Virus record (IMG/VR): IMGVR_UViG_3300023081_000010
Direction: 5' to 3' (one strand)
Source: an uncultured virus (IMG/VR IMGVR_UViG_3300023081_000010)
Taxonomy: Duplodnaviria > Heunggongvirae > Uroviricota > Caudoviricetes
DNA: 64,000 nt
Shown: positions 9,634 to 17,998 of the stretch, piece after piece
Position numbering within the stretch: position 1 is the stretch's first letter
How the letters are laid out: the number at the start of each line of letters is the position of its first letter
The notes under the pieces: model-generated
What the model saw: the letters and a program-made list of their open reading frames with translations, nothing else
What the model was told of the DNA's origin: nothing
Databases searched by the model: none
Position numbers and translations under genes: made by a program

Positions 9634-10725
9634 ATGTTAGATTTCGTAAAACAGTTATTTGAAAATAACGTGATTTCCGAAGATGTCAAGTCGGAGATTG
9701 AGACCGCTTGGGAAACTGCTATTCAAGAAAACCGCGACACAGTCTCTGCACAATTACGTGAAGAGTTCGCTCAAAAATATGAGCATGATAAGTCTGCAAT
9801 GGCAGAAGCAGTAGAAAAGATGTTAGCTGATAGAATTCAAGCTGAACTATCTGAGTTTGCTGAAGATCGTCAAGGACTTATTGAAGCTAGAGCCAAGTAC
9901 GCTAAGAAAATGAAAGATGATTCCAAAGCAATGGAATCATTTGTTCTTAACAACTTGAAAAAAGAACTAGCTGAACTACATGAAGATCGTAAGAGTGTAG
10001 CAAATAACGTTGCTAAATTAGAATCTTTCATAGTTAACGCATTAGCAAAAGAAATTGCCGAATTCCACACTGACAAAAAAGATCTAGCTGAAACTAAAGT
10101 GAAGTTAATTCGCGATAGCAAAGCAAAATTTGAATCTGTCAAGAAAGAATTTATTGCAAAAGCTTCTGATGCAGTCAAAGAAACAGTCTCTAAAGGACTA
10201 CGTTCTGAGATGTCACAACTTAAAGAAGATATTGATGCAGCACGTAAAAATGATTTTGGTCGCAGAATTTTTGAAAGTTTTTCAAGTGAATACGCGGCTA
10301 GTTATCTAAATGAAAAATCTGAGACAGCAAAACTTCTTAAAGTTGTAAAACAGAAAGAAGATGCAGTTAAAGAAGCTGAAGCAAAAATTGCAGAAGCAGA
10401 AAAACTAGTTGAAAGTCGTGAATCAGAGATTGCTCGTATGAAAGATAGCGCAGCTAGAAAAGAAGTGATGAATGAACTTTTATCACCTTTAAGTACAGAC
10501 AAGCGCGAAGTTATGAGTGAACTACTAGAATCTGTTCAGACTAACAAATTACACGCTACTTTTGACAAGTACATTGGCGCCGTGATGGATGGCAATGTAC
10601 CAGCGAAGAAGGCGCTTACTGAAGGCAAAGAAGTTACAGGCGATAAAGCACAGGCACAAGAAAGCAGTGGAGAAAAAACTGCTGAGATTTTTGATATCCG
10701 CAGACTTGCGGGACTTAAAGTTTAA
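9634..10725 (+). CDS. gp22: Prohead scaffolding protein (T4 gp22-like)
   Basis: Coiled-coil 363-aa protein between protease and capsid genes; strong RBS AAGGAG; C-terminal IRRLAGL. Confidence 0.85.
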   Translation: MLDFVKQLFENNVISEDVKSEIETAWETAIQENRDTVSAQLREEFAQKYEHDKSAMAEAVEKMLADRIQAELSEFAEDRQGLIEARAKYAKKMKDDSKAMESFVLNNLKKELAELHEDRKSVANNVAKLESFIVNALAKEIAEFHTDKKDLAETKVKLIRDSKAKFESVKKEFIAKASDAVKETVSKGLRSEMSQLKEDIDAARKNDFGRRIFESFSSEYAASYLNEKSETAKLLKVVKQKEDAVKEAEAKIAEAEKLVESRESEIARMKDSAARKEVMNELLSPLSTDKREVMSELLESVQTNKLHATFDKYIGAVMDGNVPAKKALTEGKEVTGDKAQAQESSGEKTAEIFDIRRLAGLKV

Positions 10726-10738
10726 GGAGAACATACAA

Positions 10739-11929
10739 ATGTCACAACTATTAGAGTCACGCTGGTCGGAAACCAAAGAGGCATTATTAGAAGGCCTTCA
10801 AGGTAACAAGCGTTCAGTTATGGCTGCCACTCTTGAGAACACTCGCAAGTATCTTTCAGAGTCCGCTACAGCTGGTGCTACTTCCGCCGGTAACGTTGCA
10901 ACCCTAAATCGCGTCATCCTTCCAGTGATCAGACGTGTTATGCCAACAGTCATTGCTAATGAACTAGTTGGTGTACAACCAATGACTGGACCAGTTGGTC
11001 AAATCCATACATTAAGAGTTCGTTACGCTGATGCTGTAACAGGTTCTGGTGTAACTGGAACAACAGCTGGTGAAGAGGCATTAAGCCCATTCAAGATTGC
11101 TGAAGGCTATTCTGCTACTACAGCAGGGTCTACAATTTCATCTAACAGAGCTGCTGCTACAGCAACTTTAGAAGGTGAAGCTGGTACAAGACTAAGCATT
11201 CAAATCTTGAAACAAACAGTCGAAGCGAAGACACGTAAATTGTCAGCTCGCTGGACTTTTGAAGCAGCTCAAGACGCTCAAGCTCAACAGGGCATTGACG
11301 TTGAAGCTGAGATCATGGCAGCTCTTGCACAAGAGATTACTGCTGAGATCGACCAGGAGATCATCGGATCTCTTAGCTCACTAGCAGGTACTGCTGCATT
11401 GACATACGATCAAGCTGCTGTATCAGGTACTGCTACATTCGTTGGTGACGAACACGCTGCATTGGCTGTTCAAATCAACCGTGTTGCAAACTTGATTGCA
11501 CAACGTACACGTCGTGGCGCAGGTAACTGGGCAGTGGTTTCACCAACAGTGTTAACACTTCTTCAGTCTGCTACAACTTCTGCGTTCGCAAGAACAACAG
11601 AAGGTACTTTTGAAGCTCCGACAAACACTAAGTTTGTAGGTACTTTAAACAGTGCAATGCGTGTGTATGTAAACGGCTATGCTACATCTGACGATGTACT
11701 AGTTGGTTACAAAGGTTCTTCAGAATCTGACGCTGCTGCGTTCTACTGCCCATACATTCCATTAATGTCAAGCGGTGTTGTACTTGATCCAGGTACATTC
11801 GAACCAGTTGTTAGCTTCATGACAAGATATGGCTACGTTGAATTAAACAACACAGCTTCATCTCTTGGTAATGCTGCTGACTACTTAGGCAAAGTTGCTG
11901 TAACTTCAGCTAACTTACGTTTTGCTTAA
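10739..11929 (+). CDS. gp23: Major capsid protein (T4 gp23-like); true start ATG 10739 (396 aa)
   Basis: RRVMPTVIANELVGVQPMTGPVGQI, AKTRKLSARWTFEAAQD, AAFYCPYIPL, FMTRYG; RBS AAGGAG before 10739. Confidence 0.97.
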   Translation: MSQLLESRWSETKEALLEGLQGNKRSVMAATLENTRKYLSESATAGATSAGNVATLNRVILPVIRRVMPTVIANELVGVQPMTGPVGQIHTLRVRYADAVTGSGVTGTTAGEEALSPFKIAEGYSATTAGSTISSNRAAATATLEGEAGTRLSIQILKQTVEAKTRKLSARWTFEAAQDAQAQQGIDVEAEIMAALAQEITAEIDQEIIGSLSSLAGTAALTYDQAAVSGTATFVGDEHAALAVQINRVANLIAQRTRRGAGNWAVVSPTVLTLLQSATTSAFARTTEGTFEAPTNTKFVGTLNSAMRVYVNGYATSDDVLVGYKGSSESDAAAFYCPYIPLMSSGVVLDPGTFEPVVSFMTRYGYVELNNTASSLGNAADYLGKVAVTSANLRFA

Positions 11930-11950
11930 TTTACACTTTTAAGTGTTACG

Positions 11951-11981
11951 AAAAAGGGCGGTTTTATACCGCCCTTTTTTT
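11951..11981. terminator. Rho-independent terminator (bidirectional type) after the capsid gene
   Basis: AAAAAGGGCGGT-TTTAT-ACCGCCCTTTTTTT. Confidence 0.9.
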
Positions 11982-11986
11982 ATGGC

Positions 11987-12016
11987 TTGACAATCTGCCA
12001 AAAAGAGTGTTAAATA
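11987..12016 (+). promoter_or_regulatory. Promoter with TTGACA (11987-11992) plus TAAATA (12011-12016), 5 nt before ATG 12022
   Basis: Perfect -35 hexamer; the -10 region matches the late motif better than TATAAT. Confidence 0.5.
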
Positions 12017-12021
12017 TTGTT

Positions 12022-12294
12022 ATGGAAGATATTACAAGTCACGAAGATTTCAATAAACTTAGAGATCAATTCGATAAGTGGAAGAAGCGTTTTCCTATGT
12101 TCTCACATGATGTAAGAACAATCCAAACAGCAGTAGAAGGCCATATGAAAAACTATATGGAGCATCTAATACGCTATAAACAAACAAAAAGCACTCACGC
12201 TATTGCAAAAGCACAAGACGAAATAGACAAAATCAATGCACTAATGAATACTATAAGTAAGGTAGAACTTATGGCTTTGTTGAGCAAAAGATAA
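12022..12294 (+). CDS. Hypothetical helical protein (start probably ATG 12022)
   Basis: In-frame ATG 5 nt after TAAATA; 90 aa. Confidence 0.7.
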   Translation: MEDITSHEDFNKLRDQFDKWKKRFPMFSHDVRTIQTAVEGHMKNYMEHLIRYKQTKSTHAIAKAQDEIDKINALMNTISKVELMALLSKR

Positions 12295-12297
12295 ATA
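12292..12297 (+). promoter_or_regulatory. Late promoter TAAATA for the tail-fibre operon
   Basis: Overlaps the preceding stop codon; followed by a structured leader and RBS AGGAG. Confidence 0.6.
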
Positions 12298-12302
12298 CTT
12301 GT

Positions 12303-12382
12303 GTCAGATAGTGTGCCACCAAGGTGGTGGACTTATGGGGAAACCAAACCTCGTAGCGGCTAGAACCCGCATCGGACTTCTA
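12303..12382 (+). ncRNA. Candidate structured cis-regulatory RNA (four-way junction with possible pseudoknot)
   Basis: P1 12303-12309/12371-12377, P2 12310-12333, P3 12334-12355, P4 12356-12370 abut with no linker bases; P4 loop TAGAA is complementary to TTCTA at 12378-12382. Confidence 0.65.
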
Positions 12383-12399
12383 AACATAGGAGAAAACAA

Positions 12400-12795
12400 A
12401 TGGGAAGACCACTTAGAAAAGATGTAAATGGTGTAGATGTAATCAAATCACCAGTTTCAGATACAGGTATCACTGTTAATTTCCACGATGGCACATCAAA
12501 TAGAACAGACGGTGTTATTATTAAACAACGTGGAGCAACTTCATTCACAGTAGTAAGAGTTGGCGACATTGGAACAACTGCAAATTATCTAACTTGTAAG
12601 TTGAAAAATGGTACACCAGCTGCACAAGGTGAAATGCAGTTACAAGGTTCTACAACAGGTAACCTTGACGCTGATCTAGTAAACATTGCTAAAATTACTA
12701 AGCGTGTTGCTACTGACTTTTCTGGTAACAAGTATACTTGGTATCTAGAAAACGATTCATCAGCAGACTACATCGTATTAACAGCAATTTCTTAA
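12400..12795 (+). CDS. Putative virion structural protein
   Basis: Strong RBS; beta-rich composition; first gene of the fibre operon. Confidence 0.65.
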   Translation: MGRPLRKDVNGVDVIKSPVSDTGITVNFHDGTSNRTDGVIIKQRGATSFTVVRVGDIGTTANYLTCKLKNGTPAAQGEMQLQGSTTGNLDADLVNIAKITKRVATDFSGNKYTWYLENDSSADYIVLTAIS

Positions 12796-12808
12796 TAGGT
12801 ACTGAATA

Positions 12809-13774
12809 ATGGCACAGTTCGTACAAACTAACGGCGATTACACAATCAAGACCGGTGAAGGGAATAAAATTTTATTCGACACAGGTCCGGGTATTGGTGA
12901 AGTAAAGGTTACAGGTAACCTTGTCGTTGAAGGTGACACACTAACTGTATCAGCAGAAAACCTAAATGTAAACGATAACATCATAGTTTTAAACTATGGC
13001 GAAACAGGTGCAGGAGTAACACTAGGTTACTCAGGTATTCAAATTGATAGAGGAACCGAAACTCCTGCAACTATCGTTTATAACGAAAGCGATGATACTT
13101 TTAACTTTGCATTTGGTTCACCTGAAACTACATTTAACTATGCCAACAGTGCAATTCGTGTTAGAAAAGTTTTAACTAATTCTGAAACAGATGATGGTGA
13201 CTTAACACTTATTGGTACAGGTACAGGTGTAGTAAAAGTTTTAGGAACATTAAATTATGAATTGCAAATCACTGATGATGACGACATACCTAATAAAAAG
13301 TATGTAGACGATTCAATTAGAGATAATCCGACCTTCCAAATTATTGATGATAACACAAGAGTTATTATTACAGATAAAGATGTGTCAGGAAGTTTAGCAT
13401 ATTTGACTGACAATACTGGTTACAGTTCTTTCGGTGAAAGTGCAGTATCTGTATTAGTCGACGGAGTATTAAACTCGCAATTTTATTCTAACAGAACTAC
13501 AATACAAAGTTTAGAGTTTTCGGGAAACGAAATTACTAATAACGATACAAACGCAAATATTTTTGTTCGTACTCAAGGTACTGGTAAATTACAAGTAAAC
13601 TACGGTATTGAACTAGAAAAAATTGCAGTTACTCCAGCGTATGTAGTAGATAGTACTATTGTTTATAGCAACGAACCTGCTGTCGGAAAAACAGGTATGT
13701 TCTTTACTAACTCAACAGATACTGGAGAATTAATAAGTAAGAATAGAGCATTGCTCTTTAGTATGCTTTTTTAA
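12809..13774 (+). CDS. Tail fibre/baseplate-associated structural protein
   Basis: VTGNLVVEG, LNVNDNIIVLN, GIQIDRG, IPNKKYVDD fibre-type motifs; hydrophobic C-terminal helix. Confidence 0.7.
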   Translation: MAQFVQTNGDYTIKTGEGNKILFDTGPGIGEVKVTGNLVVEGDTLTVSAENLNVNDNIIVLNYGETGAGVTLGYSGIQIDRGTETPATIVYNESDDTFNFAFGSPETTFNYANSAIRVRKVLTNSETDDGDLTLIGTGTGVVKVLGTLNYELQITDDDDIPNKKYVDDSIRDNPTFQIIDDNTRVIITDKDVSGSLAYLTDNTGYSSFGESAVSVLVDGVLNSQFYSNRTTIQSLEFSGNEITNNDTNANIFVRTQGTGKLQVNYGIELEKIAVTPAYVVDSTIVYSNEPAVGKTGMFFTNSTDTGELISKNRALLFSMLF

Positions 13775-13783
13775 GGGAAAACG

Positions 13784-14161
13784 ATGATAACAAGTACACA
13801 ATTAACTGGATCTTCAATAACTGTACCAAGCAAAGTTTTCACTGCGTCAACTACAGGAGCTCCTATTGGGGGTGCTGTAACAGGGCAAACAACAGCTATA
13901 ACAACTATGATTTTATGTAATACAGGAACACCTGATATTACAGATGAGTCAGTAGATACTTGTGCTGTTAATATCTATCTAGTAAGAAGTGGTGACACCG
14001 CAGCAGCTGATAATTTAATTGTAAGTAATCTTACAATACCTGCAGGCGAAACTGTATTTTTCAGCGATGAAAAAATTATTTTAGATAGCGGTGATGAAAT
14101 TTGGATTGGAACTAGTGCAGCAAGTTTAGTTACTGCTACAATTAGTTCACTTGCAGTTTAA
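13784..14161 (+). CDS. Small beta-sandwich virion protein, paralogue of 17285 and 31199
   Basis: Shared CN...IP.G....E(K/R).ILD.GD pattern. Confidence 0.65.
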   Translation: MITSTQLTGSSITVPSKVFTASTTGAPIGGAVTGQTTAITTMILCNTGTPDITDESVDTCAVNIYLVRSGDTAAADNLIVSNLTIPAGETVFFSDEKIILDSGDEIWIGTSAASLVTATISSLAV

Positions 14162-14170
14162 GGAAGGACT

Positions 14171-14716
14171 ATGAAATTTTTAAAGTCACAGAATACATCG
14201 AAGTATAGTCCTAGTGATAATACCTTTCAGGTAAACGCACACGGTCGTGCTGTGATGGATTTTAATGGAGCAGTAATGGTTCCTAAAGGATCACAAGCAC
14301 AGCGTCCTGACGTAACTGCGGTAAGACAACCAGCAGATGGTAATTCAACTTATCCTGGAAATGGTTATTTAAGATTTAATACAGATACAGATTCGTTTGA
14401 AGGCTACATTAATGGCACTTGGGAAACTATTAGAGCTCCAGGAGCATCAGCAATTTCCATCGAATCATTTGGACCAGGAGATGCTACAGAAACAGTCTTT
14501 GGTCCTTTAGCAAACATTCCTTCTAGTGCTAATAACATAATTGTTTTAGTAGAAAATGTCATGCAAATTCCTACAACAAACTTTACACTAGAACAAAGCA
14601 CAAGCGGAAGTTTAACCGGTCCAGGCGCACCATATGCAGATGGATGGTATTTAAAGTTTACAAGTCCAATACCTTACAGCAAATATGTAACAATGTTCTT
14701 TGGATTTGCAAACTAA
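14171..14716 (+). CDS. Virion structural protein (fibre connector-like)
   Basis: VPKGSQAQRP...LRFNTDTDSFEGYING.W motif; IIVLVENVMQIP. Confidence 0.65.
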   Translation: MKFLKSQNTSKYSPSDNTFQVNAHGRAVMDFNGAVMVPKGSQAQRPDVTAVRQPADGNSTYPGNGYLRFNTDTDSFEGYINGTWETIRAPGASAISIESFGPGDATETVFGPLANIPSSANNIIVLVENVMQIPTTNFTLEQSTSGSLTGPGAPYADGWYLKFTSPIPYSKYVTMFFGFAN

Positions 14717-14726
14717 GGAGTTTTAA

Positions 14727-16097
14727 ATGGCACAATTAGGGCGAATTGGCGGCCACTTATTAGAGCAAAACCTAAAAAGAGACAACGTTGATCTTAAATT
14801 CTCTAACACAACATTTGACTCTACCTCTCTATTATACCTAAGTGTTACCGACGGCAAAGTTGGTATTAGGAATGACGCTCCATATTTTGATTTAGACATT
14901 TCGACAGATATTCGTTCAACTGATGTATCAGTTGATGATTATTCTAAATTAGATAATATCATTATTAGATCTAACGGAACTATTTCTACTATTGTAGGTC
15001 CTTTATATATTAATCAACTTAATATTTCTGATACAGGAACATATTACTTTGATAGACTAGAGTCGGACGAATTATATTTTACTGATAACATTATAGGAAC
15101 TTTAGATTCAAATTCTTCAGTTACCTTACAAGCTAGTGGAACAGGAACTGTTGATGTTACTGCTAATACAAATATCTATGGTGATCTTGCTGTTACAGGA
15201 AACATCACCATTGATGGCGATTTAACAACAGCAGGAACAGTTATACTTGGAGATGAAGAAATTGATGTTATTGTTATCAACCCAGACCTAACACAAGATA
15301 TTCTTCCTGGAAAAGATCTAACACACGAGCTAGGACAACAAGCGAATGATAGTACAGCAAGAAAATGGCTATCACTACACACCCCAGATTTAACAAACGT
15401 AGTTACTAATAGACCTTACTCTTCATTGGTAAGTGATCAGTTATATATTAATGGTGTAACAAATGAAATATTTGGAGCACAATCTGATGACTTTGTAGAA
15501 TTAAATCCAGATACAGGTATTACATTTATTGAAGACACTAAATGGCAAGCAAACGACATTACAAATTTAAACGGAACTACTCCACTTAAATTTGGAAGTA
15601 CAGGTGCAGGCTATCTTAGATTTATGGGTACAAATGCAGTTAGGATACCAGGAGGCGGTGACGCATCAAGACCTAGTAAACCTGAACTTGCTGATCTACG
15701 TTGGAACACAGATAGACAATATTTAGAAGCATTTGCTGGTGAAATTGATAATGTATCATTTACTGGTGGATTATCAGGACTTGCAGATCAGATTCAATAC
15801 CCAGTATCACAAATAAGCACATCAGGTATTGGTACAGGTGCAGATTTTAGATTTACTCTAGTAAGCGGAGTATTATCTATAGAAATAACAACTAAAGGTG
15901 TTGGCTACAACGTAGGCGATACTCTACTAATACCAGGAACTGTGTTTGTAGGTGGTGCTAGTCCACTCAACGATATTACTATCACAGTAGGGTCTCAAAC
16001 TGGCGACGGATATAGACGTTCAACAGGTGGTGGTGAAGAAGTAAACGAACCATTAATGGAACAATTAGCTGTCGTATATGACCTAATGTTAGGGTAA
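14727..16097 (+). CDS. Tail fibre-like structural protein, paralogue of 16214
   Basis: N-terminus GRIGGHLLEQNL.RD.VDL, GDLAVTGNITIDG repeats, P.G....RP...RWNT motif, C-terminal DLMLG. Confidence 0.7.
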   Translation: MAQLGRIGGHLLEQNLKRDNVDLKFSNTTFDSTSLLYLSVTDGKVGIRNDAPYFDLDISTDIRSTDVSVDDYSKLDNIIIRSNGTISTIVGPLYINQLNISDTGTYYFDRLESDELYFTDNIIGTLDSNSSVTLQASGTGTVDVTANTNIYGDLAVTGNITIDGDLTTAGTVILGDEEIDVIVINPDLTQDILPGKDLTHELGQQANDSTARKWLSLHTPDLTNVVTNRPYSSLVSDQLYINGVTNEIFGAQSDDFVELNPDTGITFIEDTKWQANDITNLNGTTPLKFGSTGAGYLRFMGTNAVRIPGGGDASRPSKPELADLRWNTDRQYLEAFAGEIDNVSFTGGLSGLADQIQYPVSQISTSGIGTGADFRFTLVSGVLSIEITTKGVGYNVGDTLLIPGTVFVGGASPLNDITITVGSQTGDGYRRSTGGGEEVNEPLMEQLAVVYDLMLG

Positions 16098-16213
16098 TTC
16101 TCCTTTTGGCATAAATACAATTGTCAACGTAGTCCATGCGTTGATCTATTACTGTGGTCAACTCGCAATGTAAGGTAGTTGGAGGGACAGGATCCCCGTG
16201 TAAAGGAGAGCAA
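16098..16213 (+). promoter_or_regulatory. Late promoter (TAAATA 16112-16117) with structured leader and an upstream anti-SD sequence
   Basis: 9-bp hairpin 16123-16145; second stem 16152-16190; TTCTCCTTT (16098-16106) is complementary to RBS AAAGGAGAG (16202-16210). Confidence 0.55.
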
Positions 16214-17278
16214 ATGGCAGTTGGACGTATCAGTGGGCCGCTCTTAAAGGCAAATCTCATACGTGATGGTGTGGATTTAACCTTTAGAAATGGAGCAACA
16301 GACCCTGACATATTATACCTAGATGTAAACAACGCTCGTGTAGGTGTAAACACTTCTTCGCCATCGACTGATTTACACGTTTCAGGAACAACAAGATCAA
16401 CAACACTAACAGTAGATAATCAACTTGACGTTGGTAATCTTCATTTTACCGGTAACACTATTTCAAGTGATACTACGTTATCTTTTGCACCTTCAGGATC
16501 AGACCCAGTAGTTTACAATTCTAAATTACAAGTTGATGATATTGAAATTCATAACAATGTAATTTCAACCATTAACAGTAATGTTAATTTAGAAATCCGC
16601 CCTAACGCTTCAGGAACACTAGAAGTATTTTCAAGCACCAATATTGACGGTAACTTATATGTTACAGGAAGCATCAATGCAGACGGAAACATCACACTAG
16701 GCGGAAACATCACCATTGGTGATGCACTAACAGACGAAATTATTTTTAATGCAAGTATTGCTTCTGATTTAATTCCAGAAACAAACTTAACTTACAGTTT
16801 AGGCTCAGCAACACAAAGATGGTTAACAGTACACGTTGGCGATTTATATGCAGACACATTGAATGTTCCGACACTTGATATCGGAAATTTAATATTTAGA
16901 AATAACGAAATAACAACTCAACCAGGATTAGATTTATACATTGACGGCGCAGGCGCAGGCGGTGTTAGATTAGGAAACTTTGAAATTGTTGACAACACAA
17001 TTACTAACGTTTCTAATAATGCAATTACACAAATTGCACAAACAGGTACTGGTTATTTTAGAATTGATACAAACAACGGATTTGTTCCTCCAAGAGGAAC
17101 TGATGCAGAAAGACCTACTGCTTATGCAGTATTAGGTATGACAAGATATAACACAACGTCTAAGGCGTTGGAAACTTGGGACGGCGCTGCATGGAGTTCA
17201 CCAGCAGGTGCTTCAGGTGCTGTTTCTGAAATTACAGCAAATGACATTGCAGCATCATTTGCATTAATGTTAGGATAA
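16214..17278 (+). CDS. Tail fibre-like structural protein (true start ATG 16214)
   Basis: RBS AAGGAG; MAVGRISGPLLKANL; PRGTDAERP...RYNT motif; C-terminal FALMLG. Confidence 0.75.
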   Translation: MAVGRISGPLLKANLIRDGVDLTFRNGATDPDILYLDVNNARVGVNTSSPSTDLHVSGTTRSTTLTVDNQLDVGNLHFTGNTISSDTTLSFAPSGSDPVVYNSKLQVDDIEIHNNVISTINSNVNLEIRPNASGTLEVFSSTNIDGNLYVTGSINADGNITLGGNITIGDALTDEIIFNASIASDLIPETNLTYSLGSATQRWLTVHVGDLYADTLNVPTLDIGNLIFRNNEITTQPGLDLYIDGAGAGGVRLGNFEIVDNTITNVSNNAITQIAQTGTGYFRIDTNNGFVPPRGTDAERPTAYAVLGMTRYNTTSKALETWDGAAWSSPAGASGAVSEITANDIAASFALMLG

Positions 17279-17284
17279 AGAAAG

Positions 17285-17617
17285 ATGCCAACAGTATTTA
17301 AACAGTCAGTGGTAACACAAGTAGGAACAACACCGGTTGATATCGTACAGATTCCAGAAGGTGTTAGAGCTACAATAATTGGTTGTAACCTTGCTAACAC
17401 GTCAGATTATGACACAGTTCTTGTAGATGTTTATGTAGTTGATGAAAACTCTACTCAAGGAAATTATGTTAGACAGGTACCGATTCCTCCGGGGTCGAGT
17501 GCTAAGGTTATTACACAAGGTGAAAGATTAGTTTTGCCTGCTACTGCCGGTTTAAGAATTGCATCTGATACAGACGACAGTGTTGATGCTACTGTCAGTT
17601 ACGTGGAGATTTCATAA
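17285..17617 (+). CDS. Small beta-sandwich virion protein, paralogue of 13784 and 31199
   Basis: GCNLAN...IPPG...ERLVL pattern. Confidence 0.65.
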   Translation: MPTVFKQSVVTQVGTTPVDIVQIPEGVRATIIGCNLANTSDYDTVLVDVYVVDENSTQGNYVRQVPIPPGSSAKVITQGERLVLPATAGLRIASDTDDSVDATVSYVEIS

Positions 17618-17988
17618 TGGCGAGTCCTTATTACTTTGGTCAAGATCCTGAAAGAGGATTAGGAGACAGTCCTAGATATTTCTATGCTATTCGCAGAAAT
17701 GCAGATGGTGAATTATATCTAAGACGTGTTGATAATTTAAAAGACAAAGATACTATTGATATTAACCTTCCAGGAGCACCAGAAGACACATTTGAAGATT
17801 TTGAACCAGGTGTTGATTTCTTTGACGGAATTGCAGCAGATCATGAACAAAATTATACAAATATGTATTATACACAATATCGTTGGGATGAAAGAAGTAT
17901 ACTTTATTATGTAGACAACGAAGGTATGTTAGTACAAAGAATTAATCAAAACTATGAATATCCAACAGGACATTCATCAAACGGTTAG
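17617..17988 (+). CDS. Hypothetical virion protein
   Basis: TAATG coupling to the upstream gene; Tyr/Asp-rich; internal YAIRRNADGEL / YYVDNEGML similarity. Confidence 0.65.
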   Translation: MASPYYFGQDPERGLGDSPRYFYAIRRNADGELYLRRVDNLKDKDTIDINLPGAPEDTFEDFEPGVDFFDGIAADHEQNYTNMYYTQYRWDERSILYYVDNEGMLVQRINQNYEYPTGHSSNG

Positions 17989-17998
17989 GATATAAGAT

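Noticed and set aside
10589..10738. 50-aa N-terminal extension of the major capsid ORF
   Set aside because: Overlaps the scaffold gene; ATG 10739 has a strong AAGGAG RBS
12298..12399. tRNA gene in the cloverleaf-like intergenic element
   Set aside because: No T-loop GTTC, D-loop or CCA features; stem lengths do not match a tRNA
16154..16213. GTG-started extension of the 16214 gene
   Set aside because: Lies in the structured leader; the RBS and the paralogue 14727 support ATG 16214
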